A DNA stretch of 64,000 nucleotides from positions 9,362,001 to 9,426,000 of the forward strand of contig NC_047066.1 in NCBI RefSeq assembly GCF_902459465.1, read 5' to 3'. The notes beneath the pieces are model-generated. The model saw only the letters and a program-made list of their open reading frames with translations. It was not told the origin of the DNA and searched no databases. A program made the translations under genes and the position numbers. The DNA is from Asterias rubens. Its lineage: Eukaryota. Below, one piece after another: positions 36,663-47,400 of this stretch (positions within the stretch are counted from its first letter, which is position 1; each line of letters begins with the position of its first letter).

Positions 36663-39600
36663 ATGGAGACCGCAGGGAATGTGTGAGTTGGTGTCATTAA
36701 CTATAATAACCTGTTTTGTTTGTTTTTGTAACATTGTTACGATGTGTTTTTGCCTTGTATTTATGGCCTCCCAATCTTTATCAACCTTTACGACGTTGCA
36801 TTAAAACAATATATTTATACAGCTATCAATGGACATCCAATCTGACGGTGGTGTCGCTCAGTCCAAATGTTTCATAGAAGTTGTGGACAAGTCGTTAATG
36901 GTCTGTCGCTGTAAGATAGTTAAGTCGTGGTGGTGGCGTAATGGTTCAGGTTCGCACGATCGAAGACTATCTCTCGCGAGATCACTGCTCTCGCGCGAAG
37001 CTCCTGGCTGCCGACTAATACCCCCCATTAAAGGCAGTGGACACACTTCACACTATTGGTTATTACTCAACATAATTATTAGCATGAAACCTCACTTGGT
37101 AACGAGCATCTGAAAGCACACAACTTTGCGTATGACAGGGGTGTTTTTACTTTCATTATTATCTCGCAACATTCGATGACCGATTGAGCTATCATTAATT
37201 TAGCGTTGTATTTTAAGTGTACACTTTTGGCCCAGCAACACAAACAAACAAATAAAACGAAGACAAACAAATCCAGGAGATAAAACGGTGTTTGAGCCAA
37301 GAGTTGAAACTAGTACAAGGAAATATAACATTCTTTGTTCTATTTCAGCTTCAATACGACTTCAAGAAGGAACACGGTAAACATCGTAGCAGTATGCGTA
37401 GTCTTTGCTTTTAACTCGTTTTCCTATAGCTCTCTACAGTCCCTGCAGAGCAGCTTGAACCCGTCCAAAGGGCTTGGCCTGGCTAGCCTGAGCTGTCTCT
37501 TCGCTGCAATGTCTTTGTCAAGTCTATTTATATCTCCAATAATGATCAGGAAACTCGGCACGAAGAGGACCATGATTCTTGGCTCACTGACGACTGGTCT
37601 GTACGCAGTGTCGAACTTTTTCCCGCGGTTTTATACGATAGTCCCGTCTGCGCTCATCTGTGGGCTTGCCGCCGGACCGAACTGGTCTGCGGTGTCGACT
37701 TATTTGCATACCCTTGCCCAGGACAAAGCCAGGGTTACCGGTGAAGAGCGGGCAGAGGTGCTCACAAGTCGATATCTCGGTTTGGTCAATACCGCATGGC
37801 AAGTAGCGTACATCATCTCTACATTTTTTGTTTCAAATGTGATGACAAATAACGCCGAAGAAGATGGCGTCTTGATGATGCAGAATTTCAGCGTGTCCCG
37901 ATGTGGTGCGAGGGACTGCGGTGCTGATATGCCGCAAGAGGCAGTCGGTGCGGTCAAACCGCCCGATTATATCATCCACATTTTCTTAGCATGTTTTTCA
38001 ACGAGTGGTTTGATTGTGGCACCTCTTGTGGGCGTATTCTTCATTCAAGACATCGGGCCAAAGTATAAGGCTGTGTCTGCTGCAGAAGTGGATGCAACGC
38101 CTGGAGAGGAGACTATTACCTGGCTGGCTACACTCAAAGCATTACAAAGGCCACAGCTCTTGATGCTCACACCGTTTGCTGTATATACCGGCATGTTCTA
38201 CTCATTTGTAATGGCGGACTTTACAAAGGTAATTTTGTTTTCAGTTCAGTTGAATTTATTTGGCTTAAAAAAGCCAATCTAACAAAACAAAGGACGATCA
38301 AATATTTTTTACATACCTATTTTTAAATTATTAAAGTAAAAGTTGAGCGGGCAGAAGTCACAACAATGTTGAACATGGTGGAATTTTTGCTATTGGTTAT
38401 TGGTTATTAGGCCGTGTCCGAAACGACGACTTCGGCTACAGCTACGTCTAGATCAGCGCGTCTGTCAGTGTTGAAGAATAGGCAGACGCGCGCGATCTAG
38501 ACGTAGCTGTAGCCGAAGTCACCGTTTCGGACACGGCCACTCAAAATAATTGTTAACGCCTTACTTGGTTACGAGTAATGGAGAGAGGTTGATAGTGAAA
38601 AACATTGTGAGAAATGGCTCCCTCTAACGCTGAAGTAACGTAGTTTTCGAGAAAGAAGTATGTTTCCACGAATTTGATTTCGAGACCTCAGAATTAGATT
38701 TTGAGGTCTCTAATTCAAGCATCTGAAAGCACACAACTTCGTGTGACAAGGGTGGTTTTTTTTTCATTATCACTCGCAACTTACTTCGACGACCAATTGA
38801 GCTCAAATTTTCACAGGATTGTTATTATGCATAAAAGTGAAAAATGTGTTGAGATACACCAAGTGAGAAGACTGGTCTTTGACAATCTCCAGTAGTGTCC
38901 AGTGTCTCTAAGCTAGGTATCAAACTTGACCGCTAGCTAGACCAGCATGCACCTCATTCAACGCCAACAGCACACGTCGACTATTTGCGATAAGGTCTAC
39001 TGTCAGACCAAGACAGTGACCATGAGCAAGTTCGAGTGTGCACATGGTTAACTAAAGGTTGACCATTTTTACTCGAACCCAGGCTGGTCGACCATTGGTT
39101 GACTACTGTGGTCGACCATTTGGAACCAGCCTCGAACCACTGGTCCACATAGCATGTTCCGTTCTAACATGTGTTAAGCGCAGAGGGGAACCAGTGACAC
39201 TTAAGCAAAAAGGTGGGAGGTCGACTAGACTAAAATGTGCGCACTCGAACTTGCTAAATGTAATATGTTACTTGTTTATAAAACTATAATTTGTTCAAAT
39301 GTTATCTACCTTTATTTTTTTATGAATTCCAGTCTTTCGTTAGCTGCACGCAAGGCATTCACATGGTCGGTTACGTCATCATGACGTTTGCAACAGCTGA
39401 TGCAGTTTTCACAGTAGTGATAGGCTGGATTAGGAAGGTGCTGGGTAGATTGGCGTTATTTACTGGGGCAGCGGCGATAAACATTGCCGTAATGGCCGTG
39501 TGCTTGGTCTGGAACCCTGACTTAGGAGAGAGATGGCATCTGCACTCACTGGCAGTAGCATTGGCTTTGTGTGATGCAGTATGGACGATACAGATACGAG

Positions 39601-40437
39601 GTACAAGTTAATTTTGTGTAATGAATAACCACAAACTCACAAAGTTTGCAACCTGTTATAAATAGGCATAATAAAATAATCTTTGACCATAGTTCAACAG
39701 CGAATGCATTATTTTGGTTATTGTATAGTTTCGTCCAAGCACATCCAATCACTCAGCAGATCCCTCTGATTTTCGCTAACGGAATANNNNNNNNNNNNNN
39801 NNNNNNNNNNNNNNNNNNNNNNNNNNNNNNNNNNNNNNNNNNNNNNNNNNNNNNNNNNNNNNNNNNNNNNNNNNNNNNNNNNNNNNNNNNNNNNNNNNNN
39901 NNNNNNNNNNNNNNNNNNNNNNNNNNNNNNNNNNNNNNNNNNNNNNNNNNNNNNGAAGATGTTTTGGCTGTTGTTACTGTTGGCGTTGTTTTTTATTTTT
40001 TATTTTTTATTTTTCATTGTTGGTATATTGTTAATTAAGCTGTTTTTCAGTATTGCACCTGCCTGCTACCGTTGTTGTATTTGATGTGTTGATACCTATA
40101 ATTCGGAAGTAAACAAACCACAATCTTGATATTGTACGTTGCAGTACTAGCCAGCGTGCTGTTCCCAAACAACCAAGAGCCGGTATTCTCCGCGATTTAC
40201 TTCTTCAGTTCTATCGGAAACACCATATCATTTGCTACCAGTATCCCATCATCTGTATGCATCTCTTACAAGTTGTATGGCCTCACCACTCTACTCTGTG
40301 TTTCTATGCTCCTCTACTACACTGACGAAGTCCTAGTGAAGATGAAAGACAAGCGAGGGTATAAAGAGGGTGGTGAAGTTACTAGAGAAGTCGTCATGGT
40401 CAGCTTTGATGATGATGGTGCAGTCAAAACACTCTAA
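36663..40437 (+). CDS. UNC93A: UNC93A-like MFS membrane protein, copy B (486 aa)
   Basis: Exons 36663-36682, 37349-38228, 39333-39600, 40145-40437. About 98% nucleotide identity to copy A by manual comparison; frame intact. May be an allelic haplotype rather than a paralog. Confidence 0.85.
38410..38538. mobile_element. 129-bp near-perfect palindromic MITE (Harbinger-like ends), present only in copy B
   Basis: GGCCGTGTCCGAAACG..GACTTCGGCTACAGCTACGTCTAGATC / GATCTAGACGTAGCTGTAGCCGAAGTC..CGTTTCGGACACGGCC; absent at the homologous site near 31275. Confidence 0.85.
39787..39954. other. Assembly gap (168 N)
   Basis: Run of N. Confidence 1.
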
Positions 40438-40676
40438 AAACTAAAGAGTTGAATCCAACACTTGGAATAGTTCGGTGAGTGACTATACTTTGAAAGTGTT
40501 GAGTCCAGCATTTTACATGTTAAATCCAGAATTTTTAAGTATTCGGTCTCGTCGGTGTCTTTATCTCAAAGTATTTCCATTCTGTGGAGCCATTCTGTGT
40601 ATTTTTTTTACTTTTTATCCCGCGAAACTCCTTAGTCTGTTCAGTTCGCGGAGAGTTGATCAAACAGCCCAGTTGT

Positions 40677-42169
40677 GGGTGCGTTCGATTAGCTTCCCCG
40701 GCTCGCGTATTTTTTTTTCCTAGGACGAACGTGGGCAATTTACATAAATGGGCGTAGTTAACTATACATTTTCCCATGCACATGCGTACTTCGACGTAAT
40801 AATAGTTGTGGAAATACACTCACGCATATTATTAAACATGTACACATACACGCATACACGTGTTCATGTTACATGTACAATGTACATTATATTTAGTACC
40901 ATGTACCATGTAAAACTGCGTATTTGTACAACTCTACCGTTTGTCCATAAAATGCGTCGCGCTTGCTTTCATTGCCAAGTCTTGATTGCCCGATAAAATA
41001 CGTTTGGATATGGTTGGGAGGGGGAGGGAGGGTAACTATGAAAATAGACTTACGGTCATAATGAACGGTTGTGGTCCCTAATTTTTTAATTTTTTTATTT
41101 AATACTGCATTACAAACAGCACATATGCATCTGGACCACACACAATTATGCAACCACAATCATGTGTTTTTTTTTCCACAGGTTTGTTATCTTATGCATG
41201 TTTGGATACATCAAGTGAAAATACTGGTCTTCGACAATAATTACCAAATGTGCCCAGTTTAAAAATCGACCATATATCTCCATGGTGAGACCATGGAGGA
41301 GGAGGTAGACTGGTTCATCACAACCTGTACACCATTGTGTGAAGCGTAGTAGAAGAAAAGCAGGTTGTGTGGTCCCCATTTATTTACCACAACTATTTTC
41401 ATTCCACATACCACCACCAGTGGTCCAAGGTCCCTTGCGGTCATCACTAAAGCTCGTGCATGCCCGAGGGTGTTTTTCTGGCAAAAACACGCCCATATTA
41501 TGTTAATTGCCCACGTTCGTCCTAGGAAAAAAAATACGCCCCCGGGTCGACCCCGGTGTGGCGGTTTCAACTTTCCGCCGTGTTCAGTTTTCCGAATGAC
41601 CAAATACGGTAAAATTACGTCATGCGATGCCTGCGCACAGCAAGCAAAAGCAGTCAATTTTTAGTGCTGTATTGAGTCATCCGTGTTACTCTCCGGTAGC
41701 TGTCATGGCGGCGTCCACGAGTACAACGAGCGGCGAACGCGTGTGGATCGTATGAGAGAATTTGGTGTGGCACAAGCAGTGTGACCTGCTTACAGCTGTA
41801 CGCATGAATACGTGTAAAGATGGGGCAAGAGAATGTGACCAAACAGAAAAGAATCGTAATAATAAACAATTTGGGGTCACTGAGAGAACTACAGTACTCG
41901 CCAGGGTACTCGCGGCTGTATTTTTGTCTGGCTAAGTCACCCGGAAAACTGAACACGCCGGAAAGCTAAAACCGTTCCAACAACGTGGTGAAATGTCCGG
42001 CTACGTCACCCGGAAAACTGAACACGGCGGAAGACTGAAACCGCCACACCGGTGTGTGTCGTTTCATTTTCCAGGACGAATGGGTGCAGATAATTACCCA
42101 CGTGCGTCCTGGAAACAAAAACCGCCACACACCGGGGTCGACCCACAGGGAAGCTAAACGAACGCACCC
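40677..42169. mobile_element. ~1.5-kb composite foldback-like DNA element
   Basis: 22-bp TIRs GGGTGCGTTCGATTAGCTTCCC / GGGAAGCTAAACGAACGCACCC with TGT on both flanks; nested internal inverted repeats. Confidence 0.7.
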
Positions 42170-42837
42170 TGTATTATCTGACGTGTAGTCAAAATTCGTA
42201 TATTACTCTGAGGTCGGGGTTCATCCTTATTCGGTCCTATTTGTAATTTCCTGTACTTTTATGTAAGTTTTAATTCCCTTTTATTAAAATACTTTTCTTT
42301 TATATTTTAAGGAAAGAATCGTGTTCATCCTGTTGATTTATTTGAGTTCGCTGGATGTTTATGTTACCTTACTTGGTAACTTAGTAATGGGGAGAGGTTA
42401 ATAGTATAAAACATTCGGAGAAACGGCTCCCTCTGAAGTAACGTAGTTTTCTAGAAAGAAGTAATTTCCCATGAATTTGATTTCGAGACCTCAGATTTAG
42501 ACTTTGAGGTCTCGAAACCAAGCATCTGAAAGCATACAACTTCGTGTGGCAAGGGTGTTTTTTTCTTTCATTATCTCGCAACTTCAACGACCAATTGAGC
42601 TCAAATTTTCAAAGGTTTGTTATTTTATGCATGTGTTGAGATACACACAGTGAGAAGACTGGTCTTGACACTATTTCCACTGTCTGTAAGGGAAGCAGTT
42701 CTACTATCATTATTTTCAAACTGTGTAGTAAACCTGTATTTTTGTGTTCTACAAAAAGTACCCAGGCCCTTTAAAGAGAACATTCTTACAGTGTACATGT
42801 TTTCTTTTTCTCTTTTCTGTGCCTACACGTCTTTAAA

Positions 42838-43205
42838 GGCAGTGGACACTATTGCCAATTACTCAAAATAATTAGTAGCATAAAACCTTACTTGGTGACG
42901 AGTAATGGGGAGAGGTTGATGGTATAAAACATCGTGAGAAATGGCTCCCTCTGAAGTGCCATAGTTTTCGAGAAAGAAGTAATTTTCCACAAATTTGATT
43001 CCGAGACCTCAGATTTAGAACTCGAAATCAACCATCTAAACGCACACAACTTAGTGTGACAAGGGTGTTTTTCTTACATTATTATCTCGCAAGTTCGATG
43101 ACCGATTGAGCTCAAATTTTCACAGGTTTGTTATTTTATGCGGATGTTGAGACACACCAACTGTGAAGGCTAGTCTTTGACAATTACCAATAGTGTCCAC
43201 TGCCT
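42838..43205. mobile_element. Kolobok/T2-like MITE (dominant family)
   Basis: TTAA|AGGCAGTGGACAC ... GTGTCCACTGCCT|TTAA (perfect ends). Confidence 0.9.
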
Positions 43206-44145
43206 TTAAGGAGTGCAGGCTACGTATCAAAAGCGCTTTCAGAATGGTTGCACAATACCTCTTTCGCAACCCCAACCACTCTTTCGGTGTACCTTGTACT
43301 CCAGTACACAGGTCAGTCGACACGGGTCGAGGTGCTTACAAACAAACTGACCAACAAGTACAATGTAGTCTGCCATGTACTACAATTCAGCATTGGAAGT
43401 GAACGCTGCCTTCATTAGTATACTCTCAACGAATTAGAACCTTTTTTCGTAGCACTCAAGTCGGTAAGTGTAAAACTCTCCATTAGCAGCGATCCATGCA
43501 GAGCTTGAGCATAAAACAATCCTAAAGGTTAGTATTATACATACTTAATCTCAGTTAGCTCCGAAGTGCTATATGTGTCATTTAAAACAACTTAACTGTT
43601 TGTTAGTCAACTCACAACCATGTAGTGTTCCGCAACGCAGAGGCATTGCCATCACAACTCAAATTAAAGGTACATTACAGAATTATTAAGACAAAAAACC
43701 GTCCATAAAGATCACATAATTTACATAAAACATCAATAGACTGTTTAAAAACAGTCTAATGATGACGATAGTAGAAAGCATCCCTTGAAATGTCATATCA
43801 TTAATTTGATGCGAAATAAATAAAACTTATTTCTCGTTTGGAGTTTATCCCTCAGTGATCGGTTTATTCTCTTTTTTTTTTAAGATGTCATGCAAAATGT
43901 GTCATCGGTTTTTCCACATTTTCTCCTGACCCAGATGGCCAGTCGATCTAAAAATTCTACTGGTTTGTCAGTCTATGTATGTGGTGGATTATATGGAGTG
44001 CTTACTCTACCAGCAAATGTTAAGCTAAAAAAAAAAATAATAAAAATAAATAATAATAATAATAATAATAATAATGTTCCTAATCTTTCTGAAAGTTTGT
44101 ATAATTATACTCGGCACATTGAGTACCTTGTTTGGTAGAAACGTG

Positions 44146-44414
44146 NNNNNNNNNNNNNNNNNNNNNNNNNNNNNNNNNNNNNNNNNNNNNNNNNNNNNNN
44201 NNNNNNNNNNNNNNNNNNNNNNNNNNNNNNNNNNNNNNNNNNNNNNNNNNNNNNNNNNNNNNNNNNNNNNNNNNNNNNNNNNNNNNNNNNNNNNNNNNNN
44301 NNNNNNNNNNNNNNNNNNNNNNNNNNNNNNNNNNNNNNNNNNNNNNNNNNNNNNNNNNNNNNNNNNNNNNNNNNNNNNNNNNNNNNNNNNNNNNNNNNNN
44401 NNNNNNNNNNNNNN
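44146..44414. other. Assembly gap (269 N)
   Basis: Run of N; the left flank is a SINE tail fragment. Confidence 1.
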
Positions 44415-44436
44415 ATTGTTCCAGTTGGATATCACC

Positions 44437-47400
44437 ATGGGCCTGACGGTGTATGGATCCGGTATCTCGCCACCAAGTCGCAGCGTTTATGTATTCTGCA
44501 AAGTCACTGGTATCCCGTATACAGATAAAACTATACAAATGACAGAATGTGAGTCTATTCATTAAAGGCAGTGGACACTTTTGGTATACTCAAAATAATT
44601 ATTAGCATAAAACCTCACTTGGTAACGAGTAATGGTGAGAAGATGATAATAAAACATTGTGAGAAACGGCTCCCTCTGAAGTGACATAGTTTTCGAGAAA
44701 GAAGTAATTTTCGAATTTGATTTCGAGACCTCAGATTTAGAATTTGAGGTCTCGAAATTAACAATTTATAAAAGCACACAACTTCGTGTGACAAGGGTGT
44801 TTTTTCTTTCACTATTATCTCGCAACTTCGACGACCATTAGAGCTCAAATTTTCACAGGTTTGTTATTTTATGCATATGTTGAGATACATTAAGTGAGAA
44901 GACTGGTTTTTGACAATTACCAATTGTATCCAGTGTCTTTAAAATATATATATATATTTATTCAAAATCACACCTATAATACACTCTTTTAATGTAAAAG
45001 AGTGAAACAACACTCGTTTTGTTCGACAACTTTTGCAAAGAGCCATTATGGCGGACAACTCTTTTTAGAAAGACGGGTACTTTCAACTCGATTTATAGAT
45101 TGGAAGTCGTTCCAATGGGAGACTTTCTGGGACGATAGAGGGCAGCAGACTTACCGGGTAAATCCATTGTTCTCAGAATTATGCGCATGTTCAGAACTAC
45201 GTAAACAATGGAAATTTACCCGGTATGTCTGCTGCCGCCTAGCGTTGGAAAGTCTCCAATTGCACTTTTAAAAAATGTCACAGTAGAGTGATACTGACAC
45301 CACTCCTGCAAAAGACTGGAACTGACACTCTTTTAAATTAATTTTTGTTTAGGGACAAATAATTACAAACATTGATTATTGTGTCATATTTTAATTATTA
45401 ACTAGGAATGTTTTGTTTAGTGACACATTATTGAATATACAATTTAATAAATGTGCCATTTATTTAAAATTATATAATATTTTGTTTAGTGACAATCCAT
45501 TAAAAATCTTACAAATTAATGTATCATCTAATCATTTATTTACTCATTTATTTTTATGTGTTAAAAGGTGAACATGTCCAACTTAGTCTATAAGATTTTA
45601 GGCATTGCATGGTGCGGTATCAATGTATATTTGGTTTGCGGTAACACCATGTGTGTATCTACTTGGCAGGTAGAGTTGTTCGTAGAGAACTGTCTTTCTT
45701 TATTCTACTGCCGCGGAGTAGATAATCGGAGGTTCGGGAGACTTTTCAGTTTTGAAAAAAACTGTCCTGCTTATTAACTGTTACCTGGGCGGATGGTATA
45801 GAAAATAGGCTGGACTACTACTTTAGCTTATAGGATCGTAATTAACTGTACTGCCGTAGAGTCAGCTATTAAATTGGTCTCAACGTTTTGACTGGCTTGC
45901 TCTAGTCATCGTCAGGAGACTTGAGTCGCAAGGAATTGCCTTTTCTAATAAAACAAAGCCACAAATGTTTACCCATTACATGTAGTTGATTGTATGTATT
46001 TTGATTTATGTTTACATTTGTTGCTGTTCAAACCTTTGTGAATGTCCAATGTACAATATCGAAAAAGCAAATGTTCAACTGTCCAGTAAATATTGTTTTC
46101 TTTCTTCAAATTCACAGGGGAACACAAAGGAGAAGCCTATCTGAAAATAAATCCCGTCGGGAAAGTCCCGTGCATCGTGGACGATGACTTCATTCTCACT
46201 GAATGGTAAGCAATAATTTGCAATATAAAAATATGAAAATACCAACTAATCTTTTCAAAGAAAAGCAAAAACACAACAACTTGTACCCTAACAGACAAGT
46301 TTGACAACGGCGGGGGTGACATTGTTATGTCGCCGGCAGGCTGGTGGCACACAAACATAGTGCGTGCTAATTGAAAAACAGCCCACAAAACATCAACACC
46401 CCAACAGACACACAAAAAAACAAACAACCCCTAATGAACAGACAATCATACCAACAAACAAATGAACTTATGTATTTGAAAACACTCTACTCAACTTAAC
46501 AACATAACCACCTCATCACCTCGATTGCAATATTGTGGCAATCGAAACGTGAATGTGGAGGAATGAAGCGATACAAGAAAATAAAACGCCTTAATCAACA
46601 AACATGAGAGTCCCGCTTTTGAGTCAAATTTTGTCCATACATTTCTGTGACAGCTTTTCGATCTTAAAGTATCTGGCGGATAAGCACAAGGTAGCCGATC
46701 ACTGGTACCCGGCTGAGTTGAAGGCCCGAGCGAAAGTGAATGAGTATCTGGACTGGCACCATACTACTCTCCGGAAGGCGGTATCAGCCGTCAAACACGA
46801 ACAGGTAAGCCCGGACATCTGACGTCACACTCCTTCGGATCAATCAAAACACAGATAGGAAAGCTTTACGTCACTGCACCTTTAAAGACACTGGACACTT
46901 GGTGTATCTCAACATATGCATAAAATAACAAACATGTGAACATTTGAGCTCAATTGGTCGTCGAGATAAGTTGCGAGATAATAAAGAAAGAAAAAACACC
47001 ATTGTCATACCATACCTGCCAACTGTCCCGATTTCCCGGGACAGTCCCGGTTTCTGAGTTTCAAAGACGCCTAAAATCGGGACTGTCCCGGTTTCTCAGA
47101 TTTCACGATTTTATTATTAAAAAGTAAGAAAATTGATAATGAACGGCTGAAAACAAGACTAGATGTATTTTAGACTTGCTGAGCGAACGTGCATTTCATC
47201 CCAAAGTAGCCGTGTGAGTGAACAAGTACGCACGTGTAGAGGGAGATTCGTGTGGAGGACTTGTATCAAGTTTATTAAATCATTTGTCAAGCATGTGGTG
47301 TGTGCGTGTGTGTGTGTGTATATCAATAAAAACAAATGTTGTAAACGACTGATGAAGAGTTTAGTTGTATCATAGACTTGTTGAAACATGCGCTCCCTCA

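Noticed and set aside
47345-47390. CTGATGA...GAAAC hammerhead-like spacing
   Set aside because: A stem II is possible but does not abut GAAA, and no stem I partner exists.
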